Assembly: GCA_001799635.1 (NCBI GenBank)
Contig: MGTV01000048.1
Coordinates: 16,760 to 80,759 of the forward strand
Direction of reading: 5' to 3'
Source of the DNA: Elusimicrobia bacterium GWA2_62_23
Lineage (GTDB): Bacteria > Elusimicrobiota > Elusimicrobia > Elusimicrobiales > UBA9959
Length of the DNA stretch: 64,000 nucleotides
The position numbers were made by a program, and so were the translations under genes. The notes under the pieces are model-generated. The model did no database searches. It was given only the letters and a program-made list of their open reading frames with translations, and was not told where the DNA came from. Position 1 is the stretch's first letter; every line of letters begins with the position of its first letter. Positions 54,757 to 64,000 of the stretch are shown here, one piece after another.

Positions 54757-55782
54757 ATGACCAAAACGCCGCGCTGCCCCAGGACCAGGATACTGGCCAC
54801 GCTCGGGCCGGCCAGTTCCTGTCCGGCCGTGCTCAGGAAACTCTACGCCGCCGGCCTGGACGCCGTGCGCCTCAACTTCTCCCACGGCACCAATGAAGAG
54901 CACGCCGCGCGCGTGCGCCTGGTGCGTGACCTCAACCGCAAGCTGCGCCGGCACGTCCTCATACTGCAGGACCTCAAAGGCAACCGTATCCGCATAGGCC
55001 GCCTCAAGGCGCCGCTGGAACTGCCGCGCCGCGCCCGCGTAACCCTGACGCAGGCGCCGGCCGCCCGGGCCGGGGAAATACCTTTCGACTACCGCGGCTC
55101 CCTCAAGGTGATAAAGAAAAGCCACTTCATCTACATAGACGACGGCAACATAGCGCTGGAAGTGAAAGCCGTCGGCCGGGATTCGCTAACCTGCGAAGTG
55201 ACCGCGGGCGGCACGCTAAAAGAACGCAAAGGCCTCAATATCCCGCAGGCCCACCTGGATTTCCCGCTCTTGTCCGCGGAAGATAAGGCGGACATCGCTT
55301 TCGGCCTGACGCTCAAACCCGATTTCGTGGCCCAGTCCTTCGTGCGCGGCCGGGAGGACGTGCTGGCCGTGGCCCGGCTGGTGAAGCCGCAGAACCCCGG
55401 CTGCAGGATCATCGCCAAGATAGAGGCGAGGGAATCAGTAGCCAACCTCGAAGAGATAGCGGCCGCCGCCGACGGCCTGATGGTGGCCCGCGGCGACCTG
55501 GGGGTAATGTTCCCGCTGTGGGAAGTGCCCATGCTGCAGAAGCGCATAATAGAACTCTGCAACCGGCTGAAGAAGCCGGTGATCACGGCCACCCAGATGC
55601 TGGAAACCATGACCGGCAACCCCCTGCCCACGCGGGCGGAGGTTTCCGACGTGGCCAACGCGGTGCTGGACGGCACCGACTACGTGATGCTCTCCGCCGA
55701 AACGGCCGCGGGCAAGTACCCCGTGGAGGCCGTGCGCATGATGAACCAGGTAATAAAACACACCGAAGGCTGCCGGCAATAG
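54757..55782 (+). CDS. pyk: Pyruvate kinase, A+B domains only (341 aa)
   Basis: [62 protein letters not shown]. Confidence 0.93.
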   Translation: MTKTPRCPRTRILATLGPASSCPAVLRKLYAAGLDAVRLNFSHGTNEEHAARVRLVRDLNRKLRRHVLILQDLKGNRIRIGRLKAPLELPRRARVTLTQAPAARAGEIPFDYRGSLKVIKKSHFIYIDDGNIALEVKAVGRDSLTCEVTAGGTLKERKGLNIPQAHLDFPLLSAEDKADIAFGLTLKPDFVAQSFVRGREDVLAVARLVKPQNPGCRIIAKIEARESVANLEEIAAAADGLMVARGDLGVMFPLWEVPMLQKRIIELCNRLKKPVITATQMLETMTGNPLPTRAEVSDVANAVLDGTDYVMLSAETAAGKYPVEAVRMMNQVIKHTEGCRQ

Positions 55783-55804
55783 CCGCCCAAAAAACCGCTC
55801 TCCC

Positions 55805-57595
<1,791 letters not shown>

Positions 57596-57706
57596 CCCGG
57601 GAGAGATAACACTCCCGACTCAATAAAACCCGCCATCTCCGACGACGGTGCCCCGGCTATATTGTATAATTGCTCAAGTCAGGGCGGCACTTTCCGAGGA
57701 GACATA

Positions 57707-60700
57707 ATGAATCACTTCGCTAAATTTCACATCGCTTTTTATTTCTTTGCCGGCTTACCTCTGACGGTTCTGGCCCAGGCAAACGCCGATTCGCCCTGCG
57801 CCGTATTCGGGCAGCAGGTAGAACGAAAGAACCTCGCTGACGGAGCGGGAAAGTGGGGGAACCTGGCCAAGGCCATAGCCGCTGACCCGCTGGCCGCGCA
57901 GTTGGGCCTGGACAAACTGGCCTACGGCGCGGGAAACCGCGTCTCGTACGATTTCGACCTGAAAATAGGGGACGACGAACTGGAACTGGAGGGCGACCTC
58001 TACTTCGATCCGGAGCCCGCCGCCGGCGCCCCCGCCGCCACCCTGCGCGCCAAGACCCAGTCCCGCACCCGGACCGACCTGGTGGAGCTGGGCGCCCTGC
58101 GCGCTACCGCGGCCGAACTGCACGCCGCCCTCTACAAGGAGACCGGCGGCTATAAGCTCTACGCGCGCCTGGTGCCGTATTTCGCCGATCATAACAAGGA
58201 ACCCCGTCCCTGCATCATGCTCTCCAAAGGCAAAGAGGGGGTGGACTTCGCCGTGACCGGCGGCGGCCTGCTGCTCAAGGAGCTCTACCCGGCGGCCGGG
58301 AAAGTTAAGTTCTTCGACCAGTTCGCCCTCAAGGGCGTGGCCAAGCAGGGCAAGGAAATAGACGTGCTGGGCGCCGTGAACGGCAAGGATCTCAAGGCCG
58401 AATTCGAGAACGGGCGGGACTACCTGCTGGTGACCGGCCAGGACCTGGTCCTGTCCGATTTCATCCCCGAGGCGGGGGCGGCGCCTTTCCTGGACGGCTT
58501 CTCTTTCGAAAGTTTAGAACTGGCCGGCGGCACCATGACCGTAAACGGCCTGCAGAACGGCAAGAAAGTTTCCGTCTGGCGCGGCGCGGATAAAAAGTCC
58601 TTCGCCGTGGAGGGCGACGATCTGAAACTGGAAGACTTCATTCCCGCGGCCGCCAAGGTGCCCTGCGTCAACGGCCTGGCGCTCGACAGCGTGGTGAACC
58701 GCGACGGCCAGCTGGCCATTACCGGCAAGCTGGGCGGCAAGGCCGTGGCGGCCGCCGCCTACCCGGCGGAGAACCGCCTGGAGCTGAGCGGCCCGGCCCT
58801 GAGCCTGCCCGCCTGCCTGCCCGCCTTCGACCTGCCTTTTTTTAAGTTCTTCTCCTTCGGCGGTCTCTTCAGCTGGCCCGACCGGCTGGAGATAGACGGC
58901 ACCGTGAACGGCAAGGACGTGAAACTGGTCTGGATCTTCGCGCCCAATACCGTGACCGTGACCGGCGAGAGCCTGCGCCTGGACGACTTCATTCCCGAAG
59001 CGGCCAAGGTGCCCACGCTCAAGGGCTTCGCCTTCCTGAGCCTGGAATACTCCAAGGCCTCCACCCGCGTGCAGGGCACCGTGAGCGGCAAGGCCATTAG
59101 CGTGACCCAGTCCAACGCCGACAAGACCTTTACCATCACGGGCGATAAGCTGACCCTGGCCGATTTCATCCCCGAGACCGCCGGTCTGACTTACCTCGAC
59201 CGCTTTACCCTCAGCAAGGTACAGAGGCGCTCCGGCGGCGTTAGCGTGGCCGGCGCCGTGGACGGCAAGGCCGTGACGGTGGACAATGACGAGGCGGCCA
59301 AGGCCTTCACCATCACCGGCGAAAGCCTGAAGCTGGCCGACTTCGTGCCCGAGGCCGCGCAGGTGCCTTTCCTGCAGGTCTTCGCGGCGACCTCGGTGCG
59401 CAGTTCTCCCGACGAGTTCCTGGTGACCGGCAAGGCGGGCGCCAAGGCCGTGACGGTGGACGACCACCTCTCCTCAAATATCTTCACCGTGACCGGCGCG
59501 GGCCTGACCCTGCAGGATTTCTTCCCGGCGGCCGCCGAGGTCCCGGCGCTGAACGCCTTCGCCTTCGAGCGCTTCACCCATACCGCCGACGCGGTGGCCG
59601 CCGCCGGCCGGGTGAACAACAAGGCCGTGAGCGTACAAAGCGGCCCCGGCACAGGCGAATTCACCGTGAAAGGCGACGCCCTGAAGCTCGCGGACTTCGT
59701 CCCGGCGGCCGCCAAAGTGCCTTACCTGGCCAATTACGCCTTCCTCTCGCTGACGCGCTCCGAAGCGCAGCTGCGCGTGGACGGCACCGTGAACGGCAAG
59801 AACGCCGCCGTCACGCTGGACAAGGCCGCCAAGACCTATACCGTCACCGGCTCGGCGCTGCAGCTGGCCGATTTCGTGCCCGACGCCGCCAAACTTCCCT
59901 ACCTGGCCCGTTTCGATCTGACAAAGGTGCAGGAGCGCCCCGACGGGGTGCTGGTGATAGGCGACGTGGACGGCAAGGCCGTCTCGGTAGAATATTTCCG
60001 GGCTACGGCCTCCTTCAAAGTGACCGGCGACGGCCTGCAGCTCAAGGACTTCATCCCGCAGGCGGCCGGCGTGGCCTACCTGGACAATTTCAAATTCGAC
60101 TCGCTCGCCTACGCGGCCTCCGTACTGACCGTGACCGGCCGCATCAACGACAAGGCCGTGACCGTCAAGAAGACCCTGGGCGCGCCGGACTTCTCCGTGA
60201 CCGGCGACAGCCTGACGCTGGCGGACTTCATCCCCGGCGCCGACCAGGTGCCCTGCGTGAGCGCCTTCGCGCTGGACAATGTGCGCCGCTCCGACGCCGA
60301 GCTGGGCATAGCCGGCAAGGTGGGCGGCAAGCCGGTGTCCATCACCGACTATATCGCCGAGAACCGCGTGCAGATGACCGGCCCTGGCCTCAGCCTGCCC
60401 GCCTGCCTGCCGCTCTCTCTGAACATCCCTTTCCTCAAGCTCTTCAGCTTCGGCGCCCTTTTCAGCTGGCCCGACCGGCTGGAGGTGGACGGCACCGTGA
60501 ACGGCAAGGACGTGAAGGTGGTGTGGGTGTTCGCGCCCGATACCGTGACCGTGACCGGCGACAGCATAAAGCTCGCCGATGTGCTGCCCTCCACGGCGCG
60601 CCTGCCTTTCCTGAACTCTTTCGCCTTCCTGGAACTGGATTACTCCAAGGCCGAGACCTCGGTGAGCGGCACCGTAACGGGCAAGAACGTGACCGTGACC

Positions 60701-63700
60701 AAGGACAATGCCTCCGAGTCGCTGAAGGTGACCGGCGACGACCTGAAACTCACCGACTTCGTGCCAGAGGCGGCCGGTCTGCCTTTCCTTAAAACTTTCG
60801 CCTTCGACGCCCTGCTTTACACTCCGACGGCGATCACCGTGAACGGCACCATAAATTTCAAGGCCGTGGCGGTGAACAAACCTTTCGGCCCCGGCGCGGG
60901 CTTTACCGCTACGGGCGAAGGCCTGACGCTCGCCGACATAGTGCCCGAGGCCGGCGGCCTCAAGGCCTTCGACAAGTTGGCCCTGGACCTGGTCTCGGTC
61001 TCACCCGCCGAAGTAAAAGTGGCCGGCAAGCTCGGCGGCAAAGCGGTAGCCTTCTCGCGCACCCGCGGCGACAAGCCGGTGTCCACCATCACGGCCGACG
61101 GCCTGACGCTGGGGGACATCTACGCCCCGCTGGCGGCCCTGCCCGCCGTGAACGCCGTGTCCATGGATAAGCTCAGCCTCGACGGCTCCTCCGTGGAGGC
61201 CGAGGCGCGCCTCAACGGCGTAAAGGTGGCCGTGGCCGCCCACGCCGACGCAGGCGACTCCGGCGCCTATACCGCCATCTTCTTCGACACGCTCTCGGCC
61301 GGCACCTTCATACCCGCCGCGCAGGGCCACGTGGTAAACGAGCTTGCGCTGGAAAAGGCCCTGTTCGTAGTACAGCCGGCTGGCTCGCAGCCGCGCACGC
61401 TGGCCGCGGCGGACCTGCCCGGCAGCCTGGCCAGATTGGCCGGCTGGGGCGGGGGAGACAGCCTGCCGCTCGCCGAAGGCGTTAATTTCGCCGCCTGGCT
61501 CAATGTAGGCAAGTCCGGCTCCCTAGGCGCCGCCTTCCGCACCGCCGGCCTGCCGCCGGCGAGCCTGCTGCTGAAAGGCACGCTCTCGCCGAACACCTTC
61601 AAGAACATGACCGGCAAGTCGCAGACGGCCGCAGCCTCCCTGCAGGAAGCCGACAAGCAGGCCCTGCTCGCCGGGCTGAACCTGTCCGTGCCCGTGCCCC
61701 TGCCTCCGCTGCCGGCGCTCGCCGGCATGGTGACCGTGCGCGGCCCCGCCATCCTCTCCATAGGCGGCGACGCCAGGAGCAAAAGTTCGCTCTGGGCCCG
61801 CGTGCCCGCGGCCATAGCCGCCTCCAAGCCGGCGGGGGACCTGGACGTTTCCCTGCAGTTCGGCCTCGACGTGACCGGCGCCGGCATTAACGAGAAGCTG
61901 GACGCGCTGGTAAGCCTCGACAAGGGCGCGCGCGCCGGCTACAGCCTGCTCGCCGTCTACGAAGGCGCCTGGAAGCAGCCTTTCGGCATACAGGGCCTGA
62001 CCCTCGACAATGGCGGCTTCGAGTTCAGCCTGGAGAAAAGCGCCGACGCCTCTAAGAGCGGCCTGGGCTTCTTCGCCACCGCCCTGATAGGCCAGAAGAG
62101 CGTGGCCGTGACCGCCCAGCTCAAAAGGGAGAACGGCAAGCTCTCGCTCGAGTACTTCGAACTGGACGGCAAGTTCCGTCCCGGCGACTTCCCCGGCGGC
62201 AAGAACATCCCCTACGGCGACAAGTTCGAACTGGACCAGTTAAAGCTCTCCCCGCGCGGCATAGAGGCGAAGACCGTCATAGCCGGCAAGAAGGTGGACG
62301 CCTACCTGTTCGACGCCGGCGCCGCCGGCGCGCCCAACTGGATCTTCGCCGCGGCCCAGAAGAACTTCAGCGTGGCCGAGCTGCTGCCGGCCGCCAGGGC
62401 AATTAAGCCGCTGGCCGCCATGACCATACCCGACGCCGCGCTGATAGTCTCCGAGAAGGGCCTCAAGAACGCGGACCGCGCCTCGCTCGGCGTGATAGCC
62501 AAGGACCTGTTCGACCGCGTGCTCGGCAAGTCGGCCGTAAAGATCAATGTTCCCGACGGGATCAGCGTACTGGCCGGCTTCGACGCCGACGCCATGGGCC
62601 CCGTGGGCAAGGGCCTGCGCGGCATAGGCGTGCACGACGACGCCCTGGTGATGGGCGCCGTTACCGGCGTCTTCGCCGGCAATCCGGGCGTGATGCTCTC
62701 CATAACCATGGAGAGCGGCGGCGACCCCAAGGGCCTGCCGAAGAAAGTGGTCAGCTTCCGGCCCGGCGTGCCTCCCTCCTACTTCATCCAGTGGTCCGGC
62801 ACCGAGCTGGACGCCGGCCTGAAAGCGCCGCTGGTGGTCAGGGCCGGCAAGGAAACGCTGAACATGGACGCCGACCTGGAGCTCAAGTTCGCCGACAGCG
62901 GCGTGGGCGTGAAGGTGCTGGCCGCCATGGACGGCACCTGGCGCCAGCCTTTCGGCATCAAGGGGCTGATCCTCAAGAACGTGAAACTGGACCTGGCCGT
63001 GAACGAGACCGGCGAGGTGCAGCTGGGCTTCGCCGGCGACCAGCTGTTCGGCCGCTGCTCCAATCCCAAGTCGCAGGACTGTCTGGACCTGGACATGGCC
63101 ATGAGCGTGAAGATCCCGCTGGAAGACGGCCTGCCCGACGGCGTGGCTTTCGCCGGCAAGACGCCGCGGCTGGGCCTGGCCCAGCTCCTGGACATCACCG
63201 AGGGTCTTACCGGCGCGCCGGCCGGCAGCCTGCTGGCGCAGCCCGCGCCTTTCTTCGAAATAAAGGACGCGCAGCTGGCCTTCGCCACCCCCGGCGCTTC
63301 GGACCCGCAACTGGGCCTGGTGGGCGAGGGATTCGCTTTCGCCGGCACTTTCGTGTTCATGAACCGCGAGTTGGGCCGTGTAAAAGGTTCGGGCGGCCCT
63401 TCCGGCACCGCCGTGAAAGGGACAATAGGCGACATAGACCTGGAGATCATCAAGTTCACCGGCAACAGCATAGATTTCGCGCTGGGCGCCAAACCGCGCT
63501 ACGCCATAGATTCCAGCGTGAACCTGCTGGGCGCGCCCCAGAAAGTAAAACTGGACATAGAGCCGCCCTACTTCGAGTTCGACCTGACAGAAAAGCTGGG
63601 CGCTTTCGGGAACGCGCTGCTGACCGTACGCATGGACGGCTTCGACCTCAAGAAGGGCACCTTCGACAAGAACGCCGGCATCAGCGTGACCGGGGTGTTC

Positions 63701-64000
63701 AAGTCCACGTTGATCCCGTGGATGAAAGACGAGGTAAAGAAAGGCGTAGAGGAACTGCGCGACTCCGCCAGGGCCAAGTTCGACGAGGACACCAAGGCCC
63801 TGGAAGAGGCAAAAGCCAAAGTGAACGAAATCAACGATAAGATAGAGAAGATAAAGAAAGAGGACCAGAAGGCCAAGGACCGCGCCGAGGAGGCGCTGGA
63901 GTCCGCCCGCCGCCGGGTCAATTCCCTGCAGGACAAATACGACCACGAGGAGCACCAGGCGCATCACTGCGGTTCCCGGTGGACCCACTGGGCCTGCTCG
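57707..64000 (+). CDS. Giant secreted repeat protein, >2098 aa, 3' truncated by window edge; absent from the ORF track
   Basis: TATAAT (57665) and GAGGAG RBS, ATG 57707, signal-peptide-like MNHFAKFHIAFYFFAGLPLTVLA; no stop found on hand translation of this frame through to ...RWTHWACS at 64000; strong GC3 bias. Confidence 0.88.
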   Translation, partial: MNHFAKFHIAFYFFAGLPLTVLAQANADSPCAVFGQQVERKNLADGAGKWGNLAKAIAADPLAAQLGLDKLAYGAGNRVSYDFDLKIGDDELELEGDLYFDPEPAAGAPAATLRAKTQSRTRTDLVELGALRATAAELHAALYKETGGYKLYARLVPYFADHNKEPRPCIMLSKGKEGVDFAVTGGGLLLKELYPAAGKVKFFDQFALKGVAKQGKEIDVLGAVNGKDLKAEFENGRDYLLVTGQDLVLSDFIPEAGAAPFLDGFSFESLELAGGTMTVNGLQNGKKVSVWRGADKKSFAVEGDDLKLEDFIPAAAKVPCVNGLALDSVVNRDGQLAITGKLGGKAVAAAAYPAENRLELSGPALSLPACLPAFDLPFFKFFSFGGLFSWPDRLEIDGTVNGKDVKLVWIFAPNTVTVTGESLRLDDFIPEAAKVPTLKGFAFLSLEYSKASTRVQGTVSGKAISVTQSNADKTFTITGDKLTLADFIPETAGLTYLDRFTLSKVQRRSGGVSVAGAVDGKAVTVDNDEAAKAFTITGESLKLADFVPEAAQVPFLQVFAATSVRSSPDEFLVTGKAGAKAVTVDDHLSSNIFTVTGAGLTLQDFFPAAAEVPALNAFAFERFTHTADAVAAAGRVNNKAVSVQSGPGTGEFTVKGDALKLADFVPAAAKVPYLANYAFLSLTRSEAQLRVDGTVNGKNAAVTLDKAAKTYTVTGSALQLADFVPDAAKLPYLARFDLTKVQERPDGVLVIGDVDGKAVSVEYFRATASFKVTGDGLQLKDFIPQAAGVAYLDNFKFDSLAYAASVLTVTGRINDKAVTVKKTLGAPDFSVTGDSLTLADFIPGADQVPCVSAFALDNVRRSDAELGIAGKVGGKPVSITDYIAENRVQMTGPGLSLPACLPLSLNIPFLKLFSFGALFSWPDRLEVDGTVNGKDVKVVWVFAPDTVTVTGDSIKLADVLPSTARLPFLNSFAFLELDYSKAETSVSGTVTGKNVTVTKDNASESLKVTGDDLKLTDFVPEAAGLPFLKTFAFDALLYTPTAITVNGTINFKAVAVNKPFGPGAGFTATGEGLTLADIVPEAGGLKAFDKLALDLVSVSPAEVKVAGKLGGKAVAFSRTRGDKPVSTITADGLTLGDIYAPLAALPAVNAVSMDKLSLDGSSVEAEARLNGVKVAVAAHADAGDSGAYTAIFFDTLSAGTFIPAAQGHVVNELALEKALFVVQPAGSQPRTLAAADLPGSLARLAGWGGGDSLPLAEGVNFAAWLNVGKSGSLGAAFRTAGLPPASLLLKGTLSPNTFKNMTGKSQTAAASLQEADKQALLAGLNLSVPVPLPPLPALAGMVTVRGPAILSIGGDARSKSSLWARVPAAIAASKPAGDLDVSLQFGLDVTGAGINEKLDALVSLDKGARAGYSLLAVYEGAWKQPFGIQGLTLDNGGFEFSLEKSADASKSGLGFFATALIGQKSVAVTAQLKRENGKLSLEYFELDGKFRPGDFPGGKNIPYGDKFELDQLKLSPRGIEAKTVIAGKKVDAYLFDAGAAGAPNWIFAAAQKNFSVAELLPAARAIKPLAAMTIPDAALIVSEKGLKNADRASLGVIAKDLFDRVLGKSAVKINVPDGISVLAGFDADAMGPVGKGLRGIGVHDDALVMGAVTGVFAGNPGVMLSITMESGGDPKGLPKKVVSFRPGVPPSYFIQWSGTELDAGLKAPLVVRAGKETLNMDADLELKFADSGVGVKVLAAMDGTWRQPFGIKGLILKNVKLDLAVNETGEVQLGFAGDQLFGRCSNPKSQDCLDLDMAMSVKIPLEDGLPDGVAFAGKTPRLGLAQLLDITEGLTGAPAGSLLAQPAPFFEIKDAQLAFATPGASDPQLGLVGEGFAFAGTFVFMNRELGRVKGSGGPSGTAVKGTIGDIDLEIIKFTGNSIDFALGAKPRYAIDSSVNLLGAPQKVKLDIEPPYFEFDLTEKLGAFGNALLTVRMDGFDLKKGTFDKNAGISVTGVFKSTLIPWMKDEVKKGVEELRDSARAKFDEDTKALEEAKAKVNEINDKIEKIKKEDQKAKDRAEEALESARRRVNSLQDKYDHEEHQAHHCGSRWTHWACS
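58250..61320 (+). repeat. About 17-18 tandem coding repeats, mostly 177 nt (59 aa)
   Basis: Motif (V/I)TG..L.L.DF(I/V)P at about 59135, 59312, 59489, 59666, 59843, 60020, 60197 and on both sides. Confidence 0.88.

Noticed and set aside
58250-61320. Regular periodicity considered as a CRISPR array
   Set aside because: The period is 177 nt, in frame and degenerate at third positions; there are no identical repeats with unique spacers and no cas genes.
57755-63988. Apparent gene-poor or pseudogenised region with many short minus-strand ORFs
   Set aside because: All are shadows of one + strand ORF starting at 57707 that has no stop inside the window.

Overview
High-GC bacterial chromosomal window, densely coded, with no transposase, integrase, phage gene, CRISPR array or rRNA. 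PorV-type and Lnt genes indicate a diderm; the protein styles suggest Elusimicrobiota, which is inference only. In order: (i) the tail of a PpiC/SurA-type isomerase; (ii) a minus-strand cluster of unknown function (381-11211) with an orphan GlmL/MutL-like ASKHA ATPase, a barrel-sandwich-hybrid protein, a small helical protein and four membrane proteins including a DUF6754-like one, split by two GT-C-fold glycosyltransferases; (iii) housekeeping and envelope genes (dtd, rnr, acid phosphatase, tocopherol-cyclase-like protein, peptidase-OPT-MTase-lnt-MFS operon, acyl-CoA ligase, tRNA nucleotidyltransferase, folE, tRNA-Gly); (iv) a 1895-aa Kelch/FN3 protein with a T9SS-like C-terminal domain next to a PorV-family gene; (v) speD-speE-dksA, an RDD/pilin-like fusion, a moxR-DUF58-bat operon, rpiB, a pyruvate kinase lacking its C domain and an ABC-F ATPase; (vi) a >2098-codon secreted protein, absent from the ORF track because it runs off the edge, containing about 17-18 tandem 59-aa repeats. 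The best candidates for an undescribed system are the GlmL-like ATPase/membrane cluster and the giant repeat protein. Two long structured intergenic elements, a tRNA-linked inverted repeat and many apparently leaderless starts were also seen. All family calls are from motif recognition; no searches were run.
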